DNA from: Eledone cirrhosa
Taxonomy: Eukaryota
Length of the DNA: 64,000 nt
Assembly: GCA_964016885.1 (NCBI GenBank)
Contig: OZ024740.1
Span: 76,570,001 to 76,634,000, forward strand
Direction of reading: 5' to 3'
Both the position numbers and the translations under genes were made by a program. This document shows positions 13,101 through 26,937 of this stretch, piece by piece. The stretch's first letter is position 1, and each line of letters begins with the position of its first letter. The notes below the pieces were generated by a model. That model was not told where the DNA came from and made no database searches. It saw nothing but the letters and a program-made list of their open reading frames with translations.

Positions 13101-13429
13101 TATTTTAGATGCCTAATTTATGAATTATTTTGGAAGCTTCTCTATTTAACGTTGCAAGACCTTCATTAATTGTTATTCTGTAGTTTTTTTCTGAGTTCCT
13201 TCAATATAAGATTATTGTATTCGTCCTTTTGCATTCTGTATAGATTGCTAGTTTTATCAGCTTTTATTAGGGGTCATCTCAGTTTTTTCAAGATTGTCTA
13301 TATTATTCTTGAGGCCTTTAAGGTATTCCTGGCCAACAAATTGGTTTTTGTTGAATTTGATGTTTTGTATAATCGATATTACTGCCTTTTCAAATTCCAT
13401 TAATAATTTGTTGCTAGGTGGATTCTTCT

Positions 13430-13430
<1 letters not shown>
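10183..13430 (-). mobile_element. Penelope-like element (Naiad-like: RT + CxCx5C linker + GIY-YIG), 5'-truncated, with long 3' region ending in an HHR-bearing pseudo-LTR
   Basis: Minus-strand motifs LKDHK..VRLIAPSKSDLG, FDINMG..SAQITDLVGL, GLYRDD, NFLDVTLNL, SNHP, RNIIWYSPPFS, KCNCRIKSNCPL, then a degenerate GIY-YIG region (~11440-11720). Bounded by (TA)n. Confidence 0.88.
10224..10285 (-). ncRNA. Hammerhead ribozyme-like motif (type I, minimal stem III); cleavage triplet apparently mutated
   Basis: Minus strand: TATTTTAT CTGATGA T AGCGTACCAAAATTTTTGGTACCCT T GAAA TATATAT G ATAGAATA. Confidence 0.6.
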
Positions 13431-13461
<31 letters not shown>

Positions 13462-13469
13462 GAGAGGGA

Positions 13470-13557
<88 letters not shown>

Positions 13558-13720
13558 GATAGGTAGATAGATAGATAGATATAGATAGATAGATACGCAC
13601 ATGTACATACACACACACACGCACACACACACACACACAAACAAACACACACACACACAGATATATATATATATATATATATATTTATTTATTCATTTAT
13701 AGTTATTCATATATATATAT
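13429..13720. repeat. Compound microsatellite (TA)n-(GA)n-(GATA)n-(CA)n
   Basis: Visible directly. Similar compound tracts occur at ~14430-14690, 21250-21400, 26430-26620, 42020-42310, 45810-46300 and 61730-62130. Confidence 0.95.
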
Positions 13721-14468
13721 ATTGTAACTAGATAAAACTGAACCTCATAAAACAGGTCATCATGAAGCGGATCTTAATTCTTCATTTTTTCTCTCTGTTA
13801 AGAGTGAAAGCCCTAAGTCGATTCCAGCGGGATTTGAACTCAGGGAGTAAATTTACACATTACAATGTGTCTAGTTGAACTCTGCTAAACATTTCGTTCA
13901 GCATGTTGTCTTATCTACAATATTATTGAAATGATGGAGTGTTGCAGTGGGTGGTATATTCCAGAACTGAAATATAACTGTAATCATAGACAGCTTGCTA
14001 TATGTGACGTAATAAAGCCACAACTAAGAGGTTTATATTATACACTCAATGTTTGGCGTCTAGTAGACGTGGTACCAGCAGCGACTAGTTACGTCTGTTA
14101 CTCATCTTAATTGTTTTGTTTTGTTTTTATTATTTATTTCTTATTATTATTGTTGTTTATATATTTATTGATTTATTGCTTTTAGTTTTCAATGTTTTTC
14201 GTCATGTAAGCTGTGTGACGATGTTACTCACTTAGGCGTCACTATACGTATATACGTACGAACATATCTACATATATGTACGTACATACCTACATACATT
14301 GAATCAGATAAACATGCGAGCGAGTACACACACACATACACACACACATACGCATACATATCTCTGTGAATGGTTATGTATGTATATACCTGTTTGTGTG
14401 CCTGTTTGCATATATGTAGTTATATGTATATATCTATCTATCTATCTCTCTCCTCTCTCTCTCTCTCC

Positions 14469-14523
<55 letters not shown>

Positions 14524-14607
14524 ATTTGTGTGTGAGTATGTATGTGTGTATTTGTGTGTGTGTGAGAGAGTATGTCTGTATGTGAGTATGTATTTGAGTG
14601 TGTGAGT

Positions 14608-14656
<49 letters not shown>

Positions 14657-15039
14657 CGTGTGTGCGCGGGCGTGTGTGTGAGTATGAGTGTGTACTGACA
14701 GGTCATCATTTTTTCTCGCCCTTATTATATTACCGAAATTACAGAATTTGAGATGCCCAACCCGGTCAAAAGAGTACATAAAAAGAATGATGATGATTAA
14801 GTCCCAGACCTTATACAGCAACAACAACAGCTACAATAACAACAGCAACAACAAATAATTGCTAACAAATATTATGTCATCTTAGTGTCTCCCAACTTTA
14901 TTACTGATAAAAAAAAAAAAATCAATGTAACAGCTCCACCCAACGAATCAATATACCACCATCTTTTTACATGGATACTGACATCAGCATGAAATTTTCT
15001 TTTTCATTATCATCGTTGCATCATTGTGAGGATTGATAG

Positions 15040-15250
15040 AAACGGCGATAGTTTGGGGAAATCGTTGGATTGCCAATCAAAATTCCGCGCGTTATTAGTT
15101 CTGTTTCTGTACGATCTGACTTCAAACCCCACCTCGATCAACCTTCTGGGATCGAGAGACTAAAGTACCAGTCATGCACTGGAGTATTATAATCAACTAT
15201 TTAACTTTCCCTGAAATTGCTACTCTTGTAACTAAATTAGAAACCATTAA
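15040..15250 (+). mobile_element. Degenerate copy of the Meta-like tRNA SINE
   Basis: TCTGACTTCAAACCCCACC..GGGATCGA..TAAAGTACCAGTC..CACTGG matches the 1215-1410 family. Confidence 0.6.
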
Positions 15251-15358
15251 AATAGTTATATGGGCTCTTAACTCTTGATGTAGCGATTTACGGCGTGTGT
15301 TTGGCATTTAAAGCTGACTGAAGCTAATCTGTCTTTACGTCTAAACGCAGCCGAATTC

Positions 15359-15431
<73 letters not shown>

Positions 15432-15659
15432 AGTGAGAAAGAGAGATGAAAATCAATGTTGATCTCATCCGACTTTGAACCCAGAGTTCAGAGGGCCGAA
15501 ACTAATGCCTCAAAGACATTCCGTCCGACGTTCTAACTCCAATAAAAAAAATTACCAAAACCATATTATACAGAAAATTCCGTAATAAAACCAAAATACA
15601 TAAATTGTCTTCAAATTATTATGAAGACCTTTTCAACCAGCAAATGATTATATAGAGAA

Positions 15660-18600
15660 CTAGCAGTTTAGCCCGGAGTTGCTCGGGTTTGTTCATTTGC
15701 TGTGAAAAGTTACATACAGGTAAACGTAGCTTGAAAGCGCATAAGCTTATCAATTAAGTGCATAAAGCAGTTGAACAGGTTATTAATAGTTACGAACCAA
15801 TTAGTATTTTGGACGATCAATGATAGGTTAATAATCTTCCAATAGCGAATTTAGTAGACCAAAGTTGCAAGATGGTAGCCCTGATGCCGCTGGGTGCCAG
15901 ATCTGTCCACTATGGGTGACCCTACCAGTTTTCTAGACGGCATAGCTCCAGCACCTGCACCAACATCTATAGCACCTCTTTGTAGACGATATTGCGTGTC
16001 ATCCCTTGAGGAGTGTAAGCAAAACGTCCATTCCTGCTCCCTACGCGGGAACAGGCAACATAAAGTTGACCATGGGAGAAGCATGGCTCCCCATAATGGA
16101 TGCCCGCCACCGACAATGTTTGCCCTTGTGACTTGTTAATGGACATGGCAAAACATGGTCTCATCGGGAATTGGGATCGCCGGAAATCGAACGGGATATC
16201 TGACGCCGAGGGGAAAAGGTTCATCCTTGGAATGAAAACATTCTCTCCTCTCACGCACCCGTTACAATGGTGGCCTGAATCAAGTGTGGCGTCAGTGACT
16301 TGACGACCATGCGAGTACCGTTGCACTGCTTTGGTGGACGCAAGTTCCTTATTAGCATAATGGGACAGCCAACCCTAAGCTTAAGAATGTGAGGTGGGAG
16401 CCTTGGGGGCTCAAGGGAATTTAATAACTCAACCGGATAATTAACGATATCGTCGGGGTCTGACGTCCGGTCGATAGATTTGAAGATGTGTTCTTTACCG
16501 GGAAACTTCTCAATCAGCTGCTCGTTAATAAAATTAACCATGGTATTTTTCGGAGCAAGGATGGCTCTTTCGCTGAGCCAATCGAGGTTTTTAAAGTTAG
16601 ATGAGACATTAGGAAACACTGCTTCACAAAGGTCAGAAGGGCTGCTCACAATGTTGCACAGGGAGTCGATGGCTATGCCGCCCTTTTCATCCGCAGGGAC
16701 CTTGCCCTCACCAAGTGCTAAAATATTCTGAGCAAATGCTGCAGACATGTTGTCACCATGCAAATGAGCACGCATATTTGTGCTCGGGTACAAACTCTTC
16801 ACCTGGATCCACAACATGGACGATTTAAGGCAGGCACGCACTTCATCAGCTCTTGTCCCTTTGGGTATGACAGGGAGCGTTTGCCGAAAATCCCCTGATA
16901 GCAGAAGGGTTACGCCACCTATAGGAGCCGTAGAATCCCTAATGTCTTTCAGGGTCCTGTCCAATGCCCCAAGGGCACTATTGTGTGCCATTGTGCACTC
17001 ATCCCAAACAATGAGGCAACATTTTTTGAGAACCAGAGCTTTGTGTAAACTCTTGATGATATTGCATGTTGGTGTCTCAGTTTTTACTAAATCCAAGGGG
17101 TGTTTAAAAGTTGAATGTGTTGTCCTGCCTCCCGGCAGCAAAGTAGCAGCGATCACGGATGATGCAACGGCCAACGCAATTTTTTTCTCCTGACGAATCT
17201 TAACGAGAATCAATTTCGTTACAAAAGTTTTTCCGGTACCCCCAGGAACATCGAGAAAGTAAATACCCCCAGTCTGATTTTGAACCGCGTCAATGATAGT
17301 TAAATAGGCCAACCTTTGGTCCGACAGAAGTTTGGGCTCATTTTCCTCTAAGCATTGGGAAAGAGATTCGATGTCATATGCTGTTTTCCGCAACAAATCC
17401 GGGACCAACGTGTTAGCTTCCTCTCTGACGGTTGACGGCAAGCCATACGTCGCCAACTCACTCCCACCCGTGTCGAGTAGCGTCCTCGATATCAATGAGT
17501 GCCCTGTTGTAGATAATGTCGCTGTAACCAACTTCCACTGAAGTATACTGCAGATGAGCCAGGCGCAGGAAGTCCTCAGACATGAAATCTCTGTACATGA
17601 CCCATAAAGATTTGGGATCACCCAATTCACACTTTTGAAGCAAAATGGCAAAGAGTTCCCGTAGACCTTTAGGTGATTTCAACAAAGCACCCTCTGCTAA
17701 AGTGGAGTCCCATTGCGAATCATCTTCCAAAAGACCACGCTTAAAGCAGGCTTCCCGGTACGTATCACATATTTCTCCATCAACAGTTTTGAGGTCCTGA
17801 AAACTTTGTGGGCCTACAACTTCATGCAGAAGAAGGCGGAGATGAAAGCACTCATGCTGACTTGGGGGCACAGTGTAAACCCTTCCAAGACAGCTGTCAA
17901 ATTTTACACCAGGATGTCTTTCAGCAGCCTGACCTGACTTTCTTCGCACCCAAGTGTTTTTCGACCATATAAAGTAGGATAGAACCTGGGAGTACACAAT
18001 TGTTTGCGCAAATATATCGAACTGGCAAAGTTTGAAGAAACCCGTCAGAGTGGTCTCTTTCGGATCGGCTGCCAACTTAGCGGCGGTTTGGTCCGTAAAG
18101 TAAACCCTTTGCCCATTTTCCAAATGTACCGCAAGCTGTACGATGGCGGGGTGAAGTTGGTGTAGGGGTAAACCAAATAGACGCCAAAAAGCTTCATTGC
18201 TACTGATGTACCGCCCCGCCAGGTATTCTGCGACCTCGTGCCTGCTATTTTCGGCTTGAAATGCGAACATTGCGGCATCAGAGCCCTTATTTACATATTT
18301 GCATATGTATTTTATCGACTTGACGGAGATGTAAAACTCAACGTTGATATGGGCGTTGAACATCTTCAAGAGAAGCGGGCAGTAAAGGACCACCCATCTA
18401 TTGTCGACTTGACCTCCCCTTACTGTTGTGGTGAAGCCACCGTTCTCGGGCCGTCTCCGCCTGTACAGCAGGTACCCGTCGCCACCAGTCTGAGTCTGGT
18501 CAACAAATATTTTGGGGTATCCCTTACTGCACGACCCCCCTTTCAGACACGTGTGATGTTCATTAGGACCCAACGCACACGGACCATGTTAGCTTTGACG

Positions 18601-20227
18601 ATGTCATGTAATTCCTGGTCAGTTGGTGGGTTAGGGATTTCAGCCGAAATGAAGCTGTCTATGGCATTTGAATTGATTTTATCAGCTAACCAAATCAAAA
18701 TGTGAGCATGTGGCAGCCCTCGTTTTTGTAATTCGACGGTGAACATGTCACATTTTACAGCCCCAAATACCTGACCTATTTTTTTTTATTAAAGCCATGA
18801 GTTTAGCCAGTTTCAGTCTGAACACTCTGGCAATGAGGTCATGTCTGTTCGAATAATTTTGCCCAGGAAAAAGTTCACAGGTTACATTCCGATTCATATG
18901 TCTATAGCATTAATCTGTTATATGAAGTGTTATTTTGCGGGTTGTTATTGGCAATAAGCCGATTGAAAATGGCCCAGATTAGCCGTATGTCAATACGGAA
19001 CGCTCAATACGGAACGCTCCACGGCAGTGTTGTCATATAGGGAGTGAAGAGCGACAGAGAGAGTAAAGCAGTTAAATTATAGTGAGGGGGAATATACGGA
19101 ACGCTCCATTTGATCATATACATTGTTTCTCTCTCTGCAGTGTTGTCATATAGGGAGTGAAGAGCAACAGAGAGAGAGTAAAGCAGTTAAATTAAAGAGA
19201 GGGGAATGACATGATCGATTTTTGCCCTTATTGTTGATTGACTTGAAATTTTTTTGCTTCATGACCTTCTCCTGACCAAAAGCAATAATTGTCCCGACTT
19301 TGAATAGAATCCCGTAAAAAAAAGTTTCTCATTAATATTTTGTCTCAAAAACAAAGAAAGAAAATTACAAAAAGGACAACAATAAAATATGTCTTTGTTG
19401 AGAATCATGTAAATAAATGCTTAAGCGTCGTTATTGTTACGTTTGTTGTTTTATAAATTCATCTGTTGCTTTTGAATATTTGTTATTTGATGTAAAATGT
19501 AAGTGTGTAAAATGTAACGTTGAGAGAGCAGTATGTATTTAGTGTTATCGGCTTTTTAAATTTTTATATTCGATGTATGAGTGTCGCTTAGTTATCAAAG
19601 GTTTTTCGCGTTCCCGAACGAAGAGGGGGAATGATCTATTATATATAGAGAGAAGAGCGACGGAGAGAGTGAAGCTAGTGTTAAACCTCGAAGCATGAAG
19701 AGTGTAAAGCAGTTAAATTTTAGAGAGGGGGAATACTCTATTGTAGAGAGAAGGAAGAGCGACGGAGAGAGTAAAGCGATGGTTGTTGTATAAATCAATG
19801 TGTTGCTTAGGTTTCAAAGTTTGTGTCGCGTTCCTTCAAAAGAAGTTTTGTCGTTGTTCTAATCTGTAGGGTAGTAGACAGAGGCAGTAACCGTTTAAAG
19901 AGAGTTGCAGAGGAGATTAAGAGTGGAGTAGAGGAAAGGATGAACCTTTTAAAGAGAGTTGAAACATGTATGTATTTTCATATATTTTTGATGGTAGTAG
20001 TGAGAGGAATGAAGCGTGTAAGAGAGAGGTTTACATCATGTATTTAGTTTTATCAATTTTTTTTATAGAAGCAGGAAACTTTTGGCAAAAATAATTACGC
20101 GTTGTCCTGCCCTGGTAAATTTGGAGCAAATTGGCAAAAAATCATCAAAATCGGTAGAGAAATGTGGAAATGCATAAAAATCATACACACACACAGTCAG
20201 ACATCTACCGTTTTATATATATAGAGA
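15660..20227 (-). mobile_element. Helitron, internally deleted, with both termini intact
   Basis: Minus strand begins TCTCTATATATATAAA (20227) after an A. It ends with the hairpin CCCGAGCAACTCCGGG, then CTAAACTG-CTAG (15660) before a T, the canonical A|TC...CTAG|T insertion. Contains RepHel coding sequence. Confidence 0.93.
15967..18885 (-). pseudogene. Helitron RepHel (HUH Rep motifs 2-3 + PIF1-family helicase), frameshifted and N-terminally deleted
   Basis: ELQKRGLPHAHILIW, KYICKYVNKG, RYISSNEA, GGTGKT, IVWDECTM, GDFRQTLPV, AILAPKN, MLIRNL..CNGTR, FAMSINKSQGQT, FSHGQLYVACSRV. Confidence 0.95.
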
Positions 20228-20329
20228 TTAATGAGAGCATTCATAACTAGGGTCTCCCTATCAAATGTAAGAAAAGGAGGATGTTATTCTTTGATATAAA
20301 GAGAATTAATTGTGATAAAAGTCATCTAG

Positions 20330-20500
20330 ATCCCAGGAGATAGTGTGGAATTATCGGCAGATTATGTTTACTATCAAACAATGACAGTTCGTCTACCAAA
20401 TCTCACTCACATATATTTGGTCGACTCCAAACTATAGTAAAAGACACTTGATTAAGGTATTTTTTAGTGGGGTCTAACTTTATATAACGTATCTGTGACA
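20330..20500 (-). mobile_element. Degenerate CORE-type tRNA SINE fragment
   Basis: CTATAGTAAAAGACACTTG..AAGGT...AGTGGG is the reverse of a CORE-like segment. A related 5' part lies at ~62180-62268. Confidence 0.45.
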
Positions 20501-21297
20501 TGAAATGCCAAACAATACAACCATTACAATTCTATATACACTAAAGTCGTGCAATGCAATAGTGAGTGTAACCGAAAAGTATATGCAGAGCAACTATAAG
20601 TACTGCTTAGAAGAATTATGTCTTCCTATGAGATTCGCTATAGCAGAATTTCTTAATTGGTGCATGTGTGGAATTCATTCCGAAAGTCCAGCAAGATGAA
20701 ATTATGCGCGCTATGTTAAGGAACTGGTTCTACATCTAAATAAAAAGCATGGATTCGAGACAAAGTCTTCGCCTAACTAGACAATGTTATTATAAGAGAA
20801 TACAACGGAAATATGACTCCAACTTTATATAATTAAGTTTAATTATAATCAATCAGATTTAATGAAAACAGAAAAGGATATGGAGTGTCTTAAGACCGGG
20901 AGCGTGTTTATAGTAATTATGTAATGAGTGAAAAGTGGGGTTTAGTTAGGTAAGGTAGGGTTAGATAATATTACTGTAAAGACGTGGCAAGCGAGGCATC
21001 TTTTATGTTTGTAAGACAATACATATGAAGATCGTTATGGTAAAATATTTCTCAAACCGAAAGGAAAGTTAATAATTAAATATAAAATAATATAATATTG
21101 TACTCCAGCATCGAATTCTATATATATGTGGAAAATATTAGAGCATTGGATATAATGATAGGTGTATATTTGGACGGGGTGAAAATCTCGCCGTGGTCAA
21201 CTTCACTATAAGTAGTTGATAAATGCCATTTAAGTACTGAGATCAGTTCTTCTCTCTCTCTCCCTCTCTCTCTCCTTGCGTATACCCAAACGCTCAT

Positions 21298-21342
<45 letters not shown>

Positions 21343-21357
21343 CACACACACACACAC

Positions 21358-21392
<35 letters not shown>

Positions 21393-21404
21393 TCTGTGTG
21401 TTGC

Positions 21405-22090
21405 GCGCGCACCCTACAACTCTCCACATCCTCAATACTATACCAAGGATTTTAGATCACCGGTCCACCGCTTCAGGCATCCACCCTCCTACACTCGGAA
21501 TTTTCAACATTAGTTCCTATAGTCCGTGGAAAAACATCCAGGATCACGCACACAAACACTTACACTATTTCGCACCACGCAACCATACATCCACACCACA
21601 GAAAAACACACACACGTGCATATCCTCACATACACGCACTCAGCCTCCAGACTCTACACGCCCCCTCCCCCTCCCCCTCCCCCTCTGACCCCTCTACATC
21701 CCCACGCACACACACCCCGATTTACACCCCACCCCATGTACACACCGGTTTCCCTATTACCCGAACATGGAACCTCGTACACGCCCAACTCTCACATTTA
21801 CATTCACACAGATACACACACGTACACCTACACACATTCACACACACCACATTCAACCCTCCCCGCTCGGACCCCGTCTCACTTTCCACTCTCCCCTTCA
21901 TCCACCCACCCACCACCCCTACACGCCTCACACCATCGGAACTCTTTTCCTGCCCACTTTTCTCATGATGAAGGGCTTATGCCCGAAACGTCGTCCACCA
22001 TCCCCCACTCTCAAGAGTGAAACTAATATTAACATTTTGTACTTCCTCTTCGCTTCCTCGTTGTAGTTTTTTTTGTTTTCCTTTTCAACT
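21405..22090 (+). mobile_element. PLE 3' fragment / pseudo-LTR with HHR-like core
   Basis: C-rich sequence ending in ATGATGAAGGGCTTATGCCCGAAACGTC (21965-21992). Flanked by microsatellites. Sister copy at 22950-23170. Confidence 0.65.
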
Positions 22091-22101
22091 ATAATATATA
22101 T

Positions 22102-22186
<85 letters not shown>

Positions 22187-22190
<4 letters not shown>

Positions 22191-22450
22191 ATACATGGGG
22201 AGGGTCATATTGTAGTAATAATATTGCCAGAAATAATAACTGAACACACTCACTGTTTGGTTGGTTTTCGTTTCTGTATCTTTTATATCTACATAGTTAA
22301 TTTATTTGGCAATCAATGTTTATCATTGATTGACCAACGGTTAATATACAGATACAAATACATATATATAGTCTATCAAAGTTCTTTCATTGCACATCTG
22401 CAACATCATCAGTGGTACTATTATGTTTCCTCCTGTTGTATTGTATCAGA
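22187..22450 (-). mobile_element. PLE pseudo-LTR-like repeat with HHR motif (22373-22418)
   Basis: Minus strand CTGATGA T GTTGCA GATG TGCAAT GAAAGAACTT. Other copies at 22818-23420 (+), 37010-37295 (+) and a stub at ~56785-56830. Confidence 0.7.
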
Positions 22451-22765
22451 GAAGCAACTGAGATACAAATAAGAAGACCGAAGTTAAACAGAAAAAAACG
22501 AATGGAATGACAACAATAACCATACCCAAACAAATAATACTGACTTAAGGGAAATATAAATGAATAAATATATACACAAGTACAATAATAACAAATACAT
22601 ATAAACACACAGTATTGAACAAAGGTAGGATACAAAAACAAAAACAAAAACAAAAACAAAAACAAAAACAAAAACAAAAAAAACACATACACTCAAACGC
22701 GAACACAATCACCAAACACTATACACACACGCAAACGTATGCGCAGAGACAGAGACAAGAAGAAA

Positions 22766-22796
<31 letters not shown>

Positions 22797-22817
22797 AAAT
22801 AAAAATGGCGTAGACAT

Positions 22818-23532
<715 letters not shown>

Positions 23533-23670
23533 AGAGAGAGAGAGACAGAAAACATGTATAAACTTCATAACTAGCTATATATTCCGTTTTACATTACAAC
23601 TACTATATTAGCCATAACATGCCTCTTCAGAAAAGAATGTAAGTAAACGATTGCATTAGTACGTTGTATA

Positions 23671-24520
23671 AGGGCGGTGAATTGGCAGTATCGGAAGAGC
23701 GTCCGACAGCGTTATAATGGTTTCTGATTTAGGCACAAAGCCAGTAATTTTGAAGGGAAGAGGAAAGTCGATTAAAATGACCCAGGGCGTTACAGGTATT
23801 TTGTTTTATTGACCTCAGTGCAATTTGAACTCAGAAAATAAAGGGCCGTTACTATATGCCGCAAAGCATGTTGTCCCACGCTCTATCGATACTGCCAATC
23901 CACCTTATATAACATAATAATCGTTTCTACTTTTGGCAGCAATTAAGCCAGTACATTACTGGTACATTATTTTATCGACCCCCGTAAGGTCGAAAGGCAA
24001 TATAACGTAATAATTGTTTCTACTTTTGGCACAAGGCCAGCAATTACCCAGTACATTACTGGTACTTTATTTTATCGACCCCGTAAGGATGAAAGGCAAA
24101 GTTAACCTCGGCGGGATTTGAACTCAGAATGGCAAGGGCCGTAACTCTATGCGTCAAAGCATGGCGTCCGACCCTCTACGGATTTTGCCAATCCACCGCT
24201 ATCCACCGTAACTATAACGTAATATTGATTTCTAGTATAGACACAAGACCAGTAATTTTTTTTTGTGGGGGGGGGGGGGGGGGTCGATTGAATCGACCCC
24301 AGTACGTAACTGGTACTTTATTTCATCGACGCCATAAGGATGAAAGGCAAAGTTAACCTCGGCAGGATTTGAACTCATATCGTAATGGCCGGTAACTCTA
24401 TGTTGCAAAGCATGGCGCCCGTCTCTACCTTATAAAACATAATAATTGTTTCTACTTTTGGCACAAGGCCAGCAATTATCTCAGTGCATTACTGGTACTT
24501 TATTTTATCAACCCCGAAAG
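23671..24520 (-). mobile_element. Tandem cluster of Meta-like tRNA SINE copies and fragments (mostly minus strand)
   Basis: Repeated CTGGTACTTTATTTTATCGACCCCGTAAGGATGAAAGGCAAAGTTAACCTCGGCGGGATTTGAACTCAG, about 5-6 copies. Confidence 0.85.
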
Positions 24521-25184
24521 TCAATATAACGTAATAATGTAATTGTGAGAATTTCGTGTTTCTGTATCTGTGTTCGATGAATGTGCCTCTATGTATATAT
24601 GTGTATACGTGGCTGAAACGCGTCTCTTAGTATATCTGTATGTGTATGTGCGTGCTTGCTCGTTTGAAGAGTTTAATGTCTTCGTATGTGTGTGTGTGTG
24701 TGCGTGCGCGTTGATATCTGTCTGTCTTTTCAAATATTTGATGAAACGCTGTGGTGGCAGTTGATGTGAAGATTTAGTAAAAGGGAACGCAATGAACATT
24801 TTTCTCGAGTGGTTTTCTGAAACAATCTATTTTAATAGGAAACCACTCTGCGATGCTGAATTATTAAATAGTCAGGAATTTGGGAAGGATGCAGAAAATG
24901 TTTGTATGGTGTGGTCATTCTAGATATGTTGCGAAATATTATTGAAGGATAAAAGAAAAGAATGGAAAAGTAATATTGTATGTTTTCCATCGTGGGTTTC
25001 TGACTATATACAAGTGCAGAAATAGACCGATTTATTGAATTACATTATATTTAGATATTTGAGATATTGCGATAGGCATAAGAGATTTCTACATAGTGGA
25101 GGTAACTCTGACATTATTACTAGTTCTGGCGCAAAATATAATATGAAAAGGAAAGAAAAAAAAGGAAATATCATATATTAGAAT

Positions 25185-25480
25185 ATAATTGTTTCTACTT
25201 TAGGCACAAGACCAGCAATTCACCAGTGCATTACTGGTACTTTATTTTATCGACCCCGTAAGGATGAAAGGCAAAGTCAACCTCGGCGGGATTATATTAG
25301 AATATAATGATTATATTAGAATATAATGATTTCTAGTATAGACACAAGACCAGTAATTTGGGAGGAGTAGAAAGTCGATTAAATCGACCCCAGTACGTTA
25401 CTGGTCCTTTATTTTATCAACCCCATAAGGATGAAAGTCAAAGTTAACCTCGGTGGCATTTGAACTTACATATATTAGAA
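25185..25480 (-). mobile_element. Two partial Meta-like SINE copies
   Basis: Same core as the 23671-24520 cluster. Confidence 0.8.
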
Positions 25481-25696
25481 CATAATGATATTGTTGTAGA
25501 AATAAGTTAGAATCATTTAAGAAGGTACCCAAAGGAGGCCGGCTAAAGCTACGAGGTGTGAGCCGTAACAAACAAAAAACAAACAAACAGAACAAAAAAC
25601 AGAAGCAACAACATAGCACCGGGATTCGTTCGAAATCAAATCTTCATTTCTAAACAAAGCGTAAAATCACTCTTAACTACTCGGACACTGACACAT

Positions 25697-25885
25697 GTGG
25701 ATTGGCAGAATCGGTAGAGCGTCGGACACCTTGCTTCGCAGCATAGAGTTACGACTCTTTTTGTTCTGAGTTAACCCGCCGAGGTTAACTTTGCCTTTTA
25801 TCCTTATGGGGGTCAATGAAATAAAGTACCAGTAATGCACTGAGATAATTGCTGGCCTTGTGATAAAAGTAGAAACAATTATATT
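25697..25885 (+). mobile_element. Meta-like tRNA SINE
   Basis: GTGGATTGGCAGAATCGGTAGAGCG head, core, and AGAAACAATTAT tail. Confidence 0.8.
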
Positions 25886-26438
25886 TAAGTGTTTTGTGTC
25901 TTCTCTTTTTTCATCTCTTCAATTTCACAGTCGACATTATTCTGCGATAATCAAATAACAACCGATAATTTAATAAACTGGGGTCATCTTTAAATTAGAA
26001 AACAAATTAAGCAAAAAAGGAAGGGAGAATAAAAAAATATATATTTGTAAAATTACAAAAAAACAAAACAAAAAAAAAAACGTGAAAATACGTTAAAACG
26101 CCAATTTAAACGAAATGGCTTAATAAAATTAGAGAGTTTGTGAGACATGGGTTTTGAATAAATTATTGGACATTATTGTTAGAATGCAAATGCGATTTCC
26201 TGTCAACTGTGACCAGCCGAAAGTAGGTAAAATTATTATTTCCGGTCATTGTGGCGACTAAATGCATCATGGGTAATTGCTTATATAAATGAAGTGTGAC
26301 ACATCAGTTCACAGGTGCAACCCCGCCTAACACGGATTGCTTTGTTTGTCAGAAACTAACATAACAGATGGAGACATGCGCCTGGTTTTCTGTGTATAAG
26401 TGGATCGCTTGTGAACAAATTGCTCTTCTAACTATCTA

Positions 26439-26493
<55 letters not shown>

Positions 26494-26506
26494 ATATATA
26501 TATATA

Positions 26507-26626
<120 letters not shown>

Positions 26627-26708
26627 AAAGGTAAACAGAAATAACAACACAATCGGTACAGTATATGGAAGGGATATTAGGTTAACGCTTGATATAGCAG
26701 GAAGAGGG

Positions 26709-26744
26709 TCTTAACGTTTCGGACGCTAGTCCTTCATCAGAAGA
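26709..26744 (-). ncRNA. Minimal type I hammerhead ribozyme motif
   Basis: Minus strand: TCTT CTGATGA A GGAC TAGC GTCC GAAA CGT T AAGA. Stems I and II pair, and stem III is the palindromic ACGT. Confidence 0.7.
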
Positions 26745-26865
26745 AAGAATTAGAAATAAGATAGATTGAGGGGACGGGCGGGATGGAATTGGAAAATATG
26801 TCTTTCGATAAAAATAACAGGTCCATTCATGTTGACATCTCTTGCAAAACTGTTGGTGCTGGCGT

Positions 26866-26934
<69 letters not shown>

Positions 26935-26937
<3 letters not shown>

